DNA from: an uncultured Bacteroidales bacterium
GTDB lineage: Bacteria; Bacteroidota; Bacteroidia; Bacteroidales; ML635J-15
Assembly (NCBI GenBank): GCA_964448235.1
Contig: CAYUWD010000002.1
Span: forward strand, 307 to 64,306
Direction of reading: 5' to 3'
DNA length: 64,000 nt
Shown here: positions 19,181 to 27,849 of the stretch, piece by piece
Layout: each line of letters begins with the position of its first letter
Position numbering within the stretch: the first letter of the stretch is position 1
Program-made: the position numbers and the translations under genes
The notes under the pieces: generated by a model
What the model saw: only the letters and a program-made list of their open reading frames with translations
Database searches by the model: none
What the model was told of the DNA's origin: nothing

Positions 19181-21919
19181 ATGAAAAGTAAATCAATAGT
19201 TCTTATATTCATATTCTTGCTGATATTTGTTAAACTTATATCTCAAAATATTTCTAATACTATTTTAACCGATTTAGACCTTAACAACAATGATGCATTT
19301 AAGCATAATATCAAACAATTGTCTTTCGATGGAATTACTCCTGAGTGGCAGGTAACTTTTGATGAAGCTACTCCGGCTTGGACCTTAGACCATAGTGAGG
19401 AAACTACAAAAGATTGGTGTATTGGAAACGATATTTCCAGACCTTGTTATTGGGGCCCGATTGATGTTGACAATAATTCAGGTTGGTACGTATATTCAAT
19501 GGATTATGTTTTTGAAAGATTGGGAATAGGAGAATCTCCCAATAACAATGCATACATTGATATTGTTGGAGACAGGTCTAACCTTTTTGGAGACCCTATC
19601 CCTCAGGGATGTACTATGAGTGGTGTAGGTCAAAGCCATTTTAATGCATGGATTCTTTTTGAAGATATTGATTTATCAAACACAGAAATCCCATATCTTG
19701 CTTTTTACAATTCATACAGAGAGTCTAATCCTGTTTATTTTGATTGTTTTGTTGAGTATTCTGTTAACGATGGTCTTACATGGACAGAAATCGAAGTCAA
19801 TCTCGATTCAGAAGGACACTATGGCTGGCATTATGGAGAAAAAGTAATTAGTTTGCCGGAATGTGCAGGTTATTCAAATGTAGATTTAAGATTCAGACAT
19901 AAATCAGATACGGCCTTTAGTTTTACATCATACAGTTTTCATAATAAGCCAACTTCCTGGGCCTGGTTAATTGATGACATTAGAATTTATGATTTTACAG
20001 ATTTTAATATTGAATATGATGTCTCACTTGAAAAGCCTGTAGTTAATTTTTTTGAATATTATGATTACAACTCACCGGAATATGCAGATTCCAATGTTTT
20101 TCATAGTTCGTCGCATTATAGTCAAATTCCAAAAACTCTGTTTGAATCAGAAAATGCATTTATCAATTTTAATGCAATAGTGAAAAATGTTGGTTCAGAG
20201 CCAGTCACTCCTATTGTTAATGTAAGAGTCGTTAATCCAAATGGAGATATCCTATATGAAGAGCATGTAACAGGAATGTCTTTGGATCACAATTGTATTG
20301 ACACTATAGATATCACCAATAATAATTGCATTATACAAGATCCTGTTTGGGGAAAGCACTTAATAATATTCAATACTGTTATTAGTGGTCATGAAGACTA
20401 TTCTTTAGAAAACAATTGTGATACAGTACACTTTTTTGTTACTGATGGAGTATTTTCAAGAGAAGGTGGAGATATTGATGGACAGATAGATTTAAGAGAA
20501 TTACCTAACGAAAATGGAGATGGCATTGCTATTGGAACAATTTTTAATATGCTAATTGAAACACAAATTGCCAACGTAAGTTTCTATCTTGGAGATCAAA
20601 CAGATGAAGGTTCAATGATAAGTATTGAAGTTTTTGAGTGGAATGAAGAATCAACTGATTGGGAATCAGTAATGGAATCAGATCCTTTAATTATTGACCA
20701 ACAAAATATTGGCAAATGGAATACTCTTGAGTTTAATGATAATTATTTTGTTCAGTTTACTGAAGGTCAAACAAGCATTAAATATTTGGTAGTTATTTAT
20801 TGTTATTTCAATGGAGGAAATTTAACTATTGGAACTTCAAGTAATGATAATCACAATAGAAATAGCACCTGTTTTAGCCTGGAGTATGAAAATTTTAAAA
20901 TAATGGATTATTATAACAATTTTGCTCCGGCAATTAGGCTGAAAATTCCTGAAAGCGGATGGACTTATACTGATTATCATTGTTTTATCAGAGATAATTA
21001 TGATTCCTACTGTGAAGGAGAAGATGGTGTTGATTTGGTTGTAATTGATTCTAAAATTGGTTATTTACACAAATTGTACAGAAATAATAGCCCAACAGAA
21101 CGAGAGATGGAAGGAACAGGATTTGAATTAGTTTTTGATAATGTTACTGAAGGTAATTATAATATTGTTTCAATTGAAGAGCTTACCGGGGAAGAACTTT
21201 TTCACTATTATAGCAATGAGCTTATAGAAGAAATTCCCCCATTTTATGACACTACAGTGGTTTCAATTTGTGAAGGAGATTCTTTTGAATGGCAAGAGCA
21301 AGTGTATTTATCAACTGGAACTTATACAGAATCTTATCAAACTATTGAGCAGGCTTGTGACAGTATTTATGTTTTAGAGTTAACCTCTTATCCTGTTCCT
21401 GAACAAGTTGGAGTACTTTCTTATCCTGTTGATGGAAACATTGGAGCTGATGGAAATGGAAGCATTGTACTTGATACTAGTCATGTTGGAACGATTTATT
21501 GGACTGTTAATGACGGAGAAATCTTTTCAGAAGAACAGTCCGGAACAGGGAACAATCTTAGTTTAGGAGATAATTATTATGCTGGAACATATGATGTCTG
21601 GAGTAGAAATATTGATGGCGATTGTGAATTATATCAAGGCTCAGTAATATTTGCTGACACAAGTGGGAATTCAATTGAAGATATACAACATTCTAATAAT
21701 ATTAAAATATATCCCAATCCCACAAATGGAATTTTGCATATTAAATTAAATGATGCTTTTAAGATTTCTATAACTAATATAGAGGGAAAAACGCTGCTAA
21801 CTAAAACGATTAACTCAAGCTATACAAGTTTAAATTTAGAAAACTTATCAAAAGGAGTATATTTTTTAATTGTCGAGACAAAACGTAAAACCATAACAAG
21901 GAAAATTTTTATTAATTAA
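19181..21919 (+). CDS. Large secreted protein with T9SS type-A C-terminal sorting domain; function unknown
   Basis: N-terminal signal peptide. C-terminus 'IKIYPNPTNGILHIKL...LSKGVYFLIVETKRKTITRKIFIN' is a classic Por_Secre_tail. Contains a Cys-bracketed module 'ICEGDSFEWQEQVYLSTGTYTESYQTIEQACDSIYVLELT'. Confidence 0.8.
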   Translation: MKSKSIVLIFIFLLIFVKLISQNISNTILTDLDLNNNDAFKHNIKQLSFDGITPEWQVTFDEATPAWTLDHSEETTKDWCIGNDISRPCYWGPIDVDNNSGWYVYSMDYVFERLGIGESPNNNAYIDIVGDRSNLFGDPIPQGCTMSGVGQSHFNAWILFEDIDLSNTEIPYLAFYNSYRESNPVYFDCFVEYSVNDGLTWTEIEVNLDSEGHYGWHYGEKVISLPECAGYSNVDLRFRHKSDTAFSFTSYSFHNKPTSWAWLIDDIRIYDFTDFNIEYDVSLEKPVVNFFEYYDYNSPEYADSNVFHSSSHYSQIPKTLFESENAFINFNAIVKNVGSEPVTPIVNVRVVNPNGDILYEEHVTGMSLDHNCIDTIDITNNNCIIQDPVWGKHLIIFNTVISGHEDYSLENNCDTVHFFVTDGVFSREGGDIDGQIDLRELPNENGDGIAIGTIFNMLIETQIANVSFYLGDQTDEGSMISIEVFEWNEESTDWESVMESDPLIIDQQNIGKWNTLEFNDNYFVQFTEGQTSIKYLVVIYCYFNGGNLTIGTSSNDNHNRNSTCFSLEYENFKIMDYYNNFAPAIRLKIPESGWTYTDYHCFIRDNYDSYCEGEDGVDLVVIDSKIGYLHKLYRNNSPTEREMEGTGFELVFDNVTEGNYNIVSIEELTGEELFHYYSNELIEEIPPFYDTTVVSICEGDSFEWQEQVYLSTGTYTESYQTIEQACDSIYVLELTSYPVPEQVGVLSYPVDGNIGADGNGSIVLDTSHVGTIYWTVNDGEIFSEEQSGTGNNLSLGDNYYAGTYDVWSRNIDGDCELYQGSVIFADTSGNSIEDIQHSNNIKIYPNPTNGILHIKLNDAFKISITNIEGKTLLTKTINSSYTSLNLENLSKGVYFLIVETKRKTITRKIFIN

Positions 21920-22032
21920 TCTTATTTCTCGATAAACAGTGAATAATCTTTTGGCAAATACACAGGCTCGTTTTTTTAATAAACAATATTCAACAATCAA
22001 TATACAACACTCAAATAACAAATTAACTCCCC

Positions 22033-22120
22033 AACTTTAGTCACTCTAGCTCACTTTAGCTCACTTTAGTCACTTTAGCTCACTTTAGTCACTTTAGCTC
22101 ACTTTAGTCACTCTAGCTCA
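22033..22120. repeat. Tandem array of about 9 copies of a 9-10-bp unit TCACT(T/C)TAG(C)
   Basis: Read directly: aactttag / tcactctagc / tcactttagc / tcactttag / tcactttagc / tcactttag / tcactttagc / tcactttag / tcactctagc / tca. The 19-bp super-unit tcactttagctcactttag occurs 3 times. The CTCTAGC variants sit at both ends. Confidence 0.9.
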
Positions 22121-22247
22121 TTCCTTCACAAATTTCCCAAACTTCATTAGAAAACTATTAAAAACACTAAATGCATCAATTTTAGAATGAATAATTTGTA
22201 AATTTGCATAATATTAGCTTAATTAGGTTTATATATTTGAATATTTT

Positions 22248-24155
22248 GTGAGCAGATTCAGAAACATATTAGTTAAACATTGGGGTTACGACAAATTTCG
22301 CGAATTACAAGAAGAAATTATCGAATCTATTGCAAAAGGTAGCGACACATTAGGTTTAATGCCTACAGGAGGAGGAAAATCAATCACTTTTCAAGTATAT
22401 AGTTTAGCAACCCCTGGAGTTTGCATAGTAGTAACTCCTTTGATTGCTTTAATGAAAGATCAGGTTGAGAATTTGCAAAAGCGTAAAATTAAAGCAGTTG
22501 CTATTTATTCAGGTATGACAAAACGTGAAATTGAAATTGCTTTAAACAATGTAATAAATGGAGATTACAAATTTCTCTATTTATCCCCCGAACGTTTACA
22601 AAACTATTATTTTCGAGAACGATTAAAAGATATGAATGTAAATCTTTTAACAATAGACGAATCTCACTGTATTTCTCAATGGGGATATGATTTTAGGCCA
22701 TCTTATATGGAAATTGCAAATATCAGAGAGCAATTACCCAATGTTCCTGTTTTAGCACTTACGGCTACAGCAACTCCAAAAGTTGTTGTCGATATTCAGG
22801 ATAAACTAAAGTTTAAAGAGCATAATGTATTACAAAAGAGTTTTGAAAGAAAAAATCTGGTTTACTATGTTATAAATACTGAAGATAAAATAAAACAACT
22901 ATTTAAACTTATTACAAAAATAGAAGGAAGTGCTGTGGTATATGTAAGGAATCGCCGCAAAACAAAAGAATATGCAAGTATTTTACAAAAGTATAAGATC
23001 TCTGCCGACTATTACAATGCAGGTCTAGATTCGAAAGCACGAGCTGTAAAACAAACTGCATGGCAACAAAACAAAATTAGAATAATGGTTTGCACAAATG
23101 CTTTTGGAATGGGTATAGACAAACCCGATGTGCGTCTTGTTATACACATGGATTTACCAGACTCATTAGAAGCGTATTATCAAGAAGCAGGTAGAGCAGG
23201 TAGAGATGGCAAAAAAGCCTGGGCTTTTCTCTTAACCAACAAATCGGATAGTATACAAATGAAGAAAAATATAACAATGGCTTTTCCGGAACTAAAAACA
23301 GTTGTTAAAGTATATAATTCCATTTGTAATTTTTTAAACATCCCCAATGGTTCTGCTAAAGACACTGAATTCCCATTCGACATTTATCAATTTGCAAAAA
23401 ACTTCAAAATTGATGTGCTGACTACATACAATTCTATTAAAATTCTAGAATCAACCGGCCTATTATCCTACTCCGAAGACGCTAATTCCAATTCTCGAAT
23501 TATGTTTATTATAAATCGGGAAGATTTATATCGGTTTCAAGTAGAAAATCAAAAATTAGATAGTTTTATTAAAGTTCTTTTGAGAACATATACAGGAGTG
23601 TTTAATGATTTTATTAATATTAGTGAAGAATACCTTGCAAAAAAAGCAGGTGTTAATACCGAACTAATTATCAGATTATTAAAAATCCTTCAAGAATATA
23701 AAATAATAAAATATATTCCACGTATCCAAAAACCTCTTATCCATTTTATTAGTGAACGCCTCGAAGAAAAAGGAATATTATTTAATAAAAAAGACCTCAA
23801 CGAACAAAAAGACAGAACATTAGACCGTTTAGAATCTATGTTAATATATGCAACTAGCACAAACAAATGTAGAAGCCAACAGTTATTAGCATACTTTGGA
23901 GAAAAAGATACTAATAGATGCGGAAATTGTGATGTGTGTACAAGAAGAAACTCTCTGGATTTAAGCAAGTATGAATTTGACATTATTTTGAATGAAATCA
24001 AAATAATTATTAACTTAGAGCCATGTTTATTAAACCAGCTTATTGATAAAATTGAATTTGACGAATCAAAAATAATAAAAGTTATACAATGGTTATTTGA
24101 AAACAAAAAAATACAATACAATGAAAAACAAGAATTACAATGGATTAAAACCTAA
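22248..24155 (+). CDS. recQ: RecQ family ATP-dependent DNA helicase
   Basis: GTG start. 'WGYDKFRELQEEII', 'MPTGGGKS', 'DESHCISQWGYDFRPSY', 'LTATAT', 'YYQEAGRAGRDG', Zn-finger 'CRSQQLLAYFGE...RCGNCDVC'. Confidence 0.9.
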   Translation: MSRFRNILVKHWGYDKFRELQEEIIESIAKGSDTLGLMPTGGGKSITFQVYSLATPGVCIVVTPLIALMKDQVENLQKRKIKAVAIYSGMTKREIEIALNNVINGDYKFLYLSPERLQNYYFRERLKDMNVNLLTIDESHCISQWGYDFRPSYMEIANIREQLPNVPVLALTATATPKVVVDIQDKLKFKEHNVLQKSFERKNLVYYVINTEDKIKQLFKLITKIEGSAVVYVRNRRKTKEYASILQKYKISADYYNAGLDSKARAVKQTAWQQNKIRIMVCTNAFGMGIDKPDVRLVIHMDLPDSLEAYYQEAGRAGRDGKKAWAFLLTNKSDSIQMKKNITMAFPELKTVVKVYNSICNFLNIPNGSAKDTEFPFDIYQFAKNFKIDVLTTYNSIKILESTGLLSYSEDANSNSRIMFIINREDLYRFQVENQKLDSFIKVLLRTYTGVFNDFINISEEYLAKKAGVNTELIIRLLKILQEYKIIKYIPRIQKPLIHFISERLEEKGILFNKKDLNEQKDRTLDRLESMLIYATSTNKCRSQQLLAYFGEKDTNRCGNCDVCTRRNSLDLSKYEFDIILNEIKIIINLEPCLLNQLIDKIEFDESKIIKVIQWLFENKKIQYNEKQELQWIKT

Positions 24156-24870
24156 ACTTACATTATTTACATGTTTAATAGTCTTTCTAGGATTCAACTA
24201 CGTATTCAGTTCATGTGCTTCTAGCGAAATTGCAGATTCTGGAGACGTAAATCAAGCAAAAATTCATCAACAATATTCTGTAAGTTATGATGCAAATAAT
24301 AATGGCTCATATAAAATTGAAGCTCAATTCCGCTTTGGTGGGAATAAAGGTACAACATTAAGGTTAACAGAGCCTAGCAAGGTTTTTGTAAATGGTATTG
24401 AAATGAATGAAGAAAGTAACGTCCTACAAGGTTGCTTTTACACATTAAAAATAAATGAAGGAAATACATTTAATTTTAAGTTTATTGATACTGACGAAAA
24501 AGAATTTAGTAACAAGTGTAAAGTATTAAAAGCAGAACCAAAACCAATTACTAATATAAACACAAGCATTGATTATAAAATAAAATGGATAGGTATGCCA
24601 TTAACGAATAATGAAACAATTATATGTATAATAGAAGACAATGATGGCAATTCCGTATCTTCAAATAGTGATATTATTGGTAGTGATTACATTCAAATTA
24701 ACTCCGAAGATTTAACAAATCTGATAGAAGGAAGCGGTGAGTTATATTTAAAACGAACATCAACAATAGATGCTAAAGAAACTGGTGATGAAGGTGGAAA
24801 AATATATACAGAGTATATTTCTAAAAAACATACTATAAAAATAAAAAGCAAAAATAATGTCGAAGAATAA
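24097..24870 (+). CDS. Hypothetical lipoprotein
   Basis: Lipobox 'VFSSCASS'. The likely true start is the internal Met at 24121 (MKNKNYNGLKPKLTLFTCLIVFLG). Either start overlaps the recQ 3' end. Confidence 0.55.
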   Translation: MKTKKYNTMKNKNYNGLKPKLTLFTCLIVFLGFNYVFSSCASSEIADSGDVNQAKIHQQYSVSYDANNNGSYKIEAQFRFGGNKGTTLRLTEPSKVFVNGIEMNEESNVLQGCFYTLKINEGNTFNFKFIDTDEKEFSNKCKVLKAEPKPITNINTSIDYKIKWIGMPLTNNETIICIIEDNDGNSVSSNSDIIGSDYIQINSEDLTNLIEGSGELYLKRTSTIDAKETGDEGGKIYTEYISKKHTIKIKSKNNVEE

Positions 24871-25318
24871 AATTAATATCAAATCTCTTATAATAATTCT
24901 TATAATTATACTTTTATCGCAAACATTTATGTTTTGTGGAAAAACAGATACTGATATACAATGGGAAGAAGATATTCAAGCTTTTTGGGTTCCTGTTGGT
25001 TCTGATTATAATTATTTAACAAGTAGTCCGTCGTATTTATTTCTTGATGAAAATCGTGGAGCATCATTTTTAACAAGTTTTGAGACAGCAGATAGCTTTA
25101 GTTGGGAAATAAAACGTGGACAATTAAAAATCTACTATGATAAAGCCCCTGCATACTATATTGGATATGATAAATATAATAGTAGAAGTTTATTTAGAAT
25201 AAATTCGTTTAATGACAATGACACAATAATAGATGTAATACAATTTTTCAGTTCAGGTTATCAAAGTGATTATTTCCTAGTAAAAAGTAATTTAATTAGT
25301 CCTGTTGAAGATTTTTAA
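24857..25318 (+). CDS. Hypothetical small lipoprotein (possibly lipocalin-like)
   Basis: Signal plus lipobox 'LLSQTFMFCGK'. 14-nt overlap with the preceding lipoprotein gene. Confidence 0.5.
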   Translation: MSKNKINIKSLIIILIIILLSQTFMFCGKTDTDIQWEEDIQAFWVPVGSDYNYLTSSPSYLFLDENRGASFLTSFETADSFSWEIKRGQLKIYYDKAPAYYIGYDKYNSRSLFRINSFNDNDTIIDVIQFFSSGYQSDYFLVKSNLISPVEDF

Positions 25319-25403
25319 TTATTTTATGTTTTAAAATACATAAAAACGCTATGGTAATATGACTAATCTTCTGTAATATTGTACAAATAAATATTCAAAA
25401 ATC

Positions 25404-26723
25404 ATGATAAATACACCGATTAATTACAATCTTGTTAATAATGAAATTGAAAAATCAGGTTTAAAAGACTTAGGCAAAGCTACAATACGTGAGATTGTTG
25501 GATTAGTAAACAGAATACAAACTGCAGCTGAAGTGCCTTTTATTCGAATGGAAATGGGTGTGCCTGGTTTAGCACCTCCACAAATTGGAATCGAAGCTGA
25601 GAAAAAAGCTTTAGATACAGGAGTTGCATCAGATTACCCTATGGTTGATGGTGTTAAAGCTCTAAAGGATGAAGCATCAAGATTTGTGAAAAACTTTATG
25701 GGTGTTGATATCTCTCCTACTGCTTGTGTTCCAACTGTTGGATCAATGCAGGGCGCTTATGCTACATTTTTATTATGTTCAAATCTGGAGCCTAAAAAAG
25801 ATACAGCACTATTTATCGACCCTGGATTTCCTGTGCAGAAACAACAGTTTATTGTGATGGGACATAAATACGAAAGTTTTGATGTATATAATTATCGTGG
25901 TGAAGCCCTTCGCGAAAAAATTGAATCTTACTTAAAGCAAGGAAATATAAACTCAATCATATATTCAAATCCAAATAATCCAAGTTGGATATGTTTTACT
26001 GAGGAAGAATTGCAAATAATTGGAGAACTTTCTAATAAATACGACACAATAGTAATTGAGGATCTTGCATATTTTGCAATGGATTTTCGTAGAGATTTAT
26101 TTCATCCGGGAGAGCCTCCTTATCAAGCCTCAGTAACAAAATATACTGATAATTATATTTTATTGATTTCAGGCTCAAAAGCATTTAGTTATGCAGGTCA
26201 GAGAATTGCATTTACTGCTATTTCTGATAGTTTATATACCCGTAAATATCCTAATCTGATTAAACGATTTGGACGAGAACAGTTTGGAAATACCTTTGTG
26301 CTTAGAATAATTTATGCACTTAGCTCCGGGGCATGCCATTCTGCACAATACGGAATGGCTGCAATGTTAAAAGCTGCTAATGAAGGTCACTTTAATTTTA
26401 TCGAAGAAGTTAAAGAATATGGAGAGCGTGCAAAAATAATGAAAAAAATGTTTCTGGATACAGGTTTTAAAATTGTTTATGACAAAGATATAGACAAAGA
26501 AATTGCAGATGGTTTTTACTTTACTATTTCCTACCCGGGCTTCAGTGGTGGTGAATTAGTGAAAGAGCTACTTTATTATGGTATTAGCGCTATAGCATTA
26601 GATAATACAGGAAGTACAAGATCCGAAGGTCTGCGTGCGTGTGTATCACAGATAACTGCTGATAAAATGTCTATCTTAGCCGAAAGATTATCTATCTTTA
26701 AAAATAATCACTCAAAAGAATGA
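25404..26723 (+). CDS. PLP-dependent aminotransferase, class I/II fold
   Basis: 439 aa. 'NPNNPSW', 'VIEDLAYF', and a PLP-lysine context 'ISGSKAFSYAGQRIAF'. Confidence 0.75.
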   Translation: MINTPINYNLVNNEIEKSGLKDLGKATIREIVGLVNRIQTAAEVPFIRMEMGVPGLAPPQIGIEAEKKALDTGVASDYPMVDGVKALKDEASRFVKNFMGVDISPTACVPTVGSMQGAYATFLLCSNLEPKKDTALFIDPGFPVQKQQFIVMGHKYESFDVYNYRGEALREKIESYLKQGNINSIIYSNPNNPSWICFTEEELQIIGELSNKYDTIVIEDLAYFAMDFRRDLFHPGEPPYQASVTKYTDNYILLISGSKAFSYAGQRIAFTAISDSLYTRKYPNLIKRFGREQFGNTFVLRIIYALSSGACHSAQYGMAAMLKAANEGHFNFIEEVKEYGERAKIMKKMFLDTGFKIVYDKDIDKEIADGFYFTISYPGFSGGELVKELLYYGISAIALDNTGSTRSEGLRACVSQITADKMSILAERLSIFKNNHSKE

Positions 26724-27049
26724 GCTTATTAATATCTTCTCCACGAAATATTGAATCAGATTTAATATTGCTGAAAGAAAAACTACCCGATTTTATAATA
26801 AAAAAATCAGGAAAAAAGAGAATTTTCATAATTAACAATAAAGTACTATCAATTATACGATATAAAAAGAGTCAAACGACTATACATGGTGATATAAATC
26901 TTAAAAATACTACAAACTTAATATTAGTAAGTATTGGAATCCTAATTGGAATATTGGGTCTAATAATTATACTTCCTATTTTATATTTAGATTTAAATAA
27001 AAAAATTAAAAAATTAAAACTTCAAGTATTTAATGCTATCCAAAACTAA
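26720..27049 (+). CDS. Hypothetical small membrane protein
   Basis: 109 aa with one C-terminal TM ('LILVSIGILIGILGLIIILPILYL'). ATGA overlap with the aminotransferase and 17-nt overlap with the HD gene. Confidence 0.45.
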   Translation: MSLLISSPRNIESDLILLKEKLPDFIIKKSGKKRIFIINNKVLSIIRYKKSQTTIHGDINLKNTTNLILVSIGILIGILGLIIILPILYLDLNKKIKKLKLQVFNAIQN

Positions 27050-27821
27050 AACATCAAATTATAATATAGAACCCTATATAAATAAATTTCAGGATTACAC
27101 TAATACGTTTTTAACAAATGCTACGGATCCCAATACTATAGAGAACATTCAATTAAAAATTACTCATAGTCTAAATGTATTTAAACACGCTCAAGACATT
27201 GCTCAATCACTAAATTTAGACAAATGCGGTGTATTTATATCTCAACTTGCAGGACTATTTCATGATATAGGAAGGTTTGAACAATTCACAAAATATAAAA
27301 CTTTCAGGGATGAAGATTCTATCTATCATGGAAAATTAGGTGAAACTATATTAAGAGAAACAGATTTATTATCCGATTTAGATAGTAATATTTTTGAAAT
27401 TATTTGTCAAACAACCTATAATCATGGATTAATAGAAATAGAACACAAGGACAAAGCTTCTATGCTCTATTCTCGATTAGTAAGAGATGCAGATAAAATG
27501 GACATTTATAGAATTGTCATTAAATATTATTTAGAATCCGGACCTAGAAATGTTGCTCTAGAATATGGTTTACAAGATAAGGTTCAAATTAGCAAAAAAG
27601 TACTTGAAAAATTCAAAAATAAATGTTTAATACATAAGGATGAACTAAAAGTATTAAATGATTTTAAAGTGATGCAATTAGCATGGATTTTTGACATAAA
27701 TTTTACTTACTCTAAAAATTATATTATAAAAAAGCAATACCCTTATTTAATAGTTGACACATTAAATGGTAAAAATTGTAAAAAACAAGTTACAGAGATA
27801 TTGAATAATTTTGTTTATTAA
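27033..27821 (+). CDS. HD-domain metal-dependent phosphohydrolase
   Basis: 'ITHSLNV' (His) followed by 'GLFHDIGRFEQ' (HD) and 'VRDADKMDIYR'. Confidence 0.7.
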   Translation: MLSKTKTSNYNIEPYINKFQDYTNTFLTNATDPNTIENIQLKITHSLNVFKHAQDIAQSLNLDKCGVFISQLAGLFHDIGRFEQFTKYKTFRDEDSIYHGKLGETILRETDLLSDLDSNIFEIICQTTYNHGLIEIEHKDKASMLYSRLVRDADKMDIYRIVIKYYLESGPRNVALEYGLQDKVQISKKVLEKFKNKCLIHKDELKVLNDFKVMQLAWIFDINFTYSKNYIIKKQYPYLIVDTLNGKNCKKQVTEILNNFVY

Positions 27822-27849
27822 CTTAACAGAAGATTTAGATTTCACTATC

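Noticed and set aside
22033-22120. The tandem repeat considered as a CRISPR array
   Set aside because: The units are only 9-10 bp and directly abutting, with no unique spacers and no cas genes. It is a simple tandem repeat.
25322-25345. Hairpin ttttatgt/acataaaa after the second lipoprotein gene, considered as a terminator
   Set aside because: The stem is A/T-only and no T-run follows, which is too weak to call.
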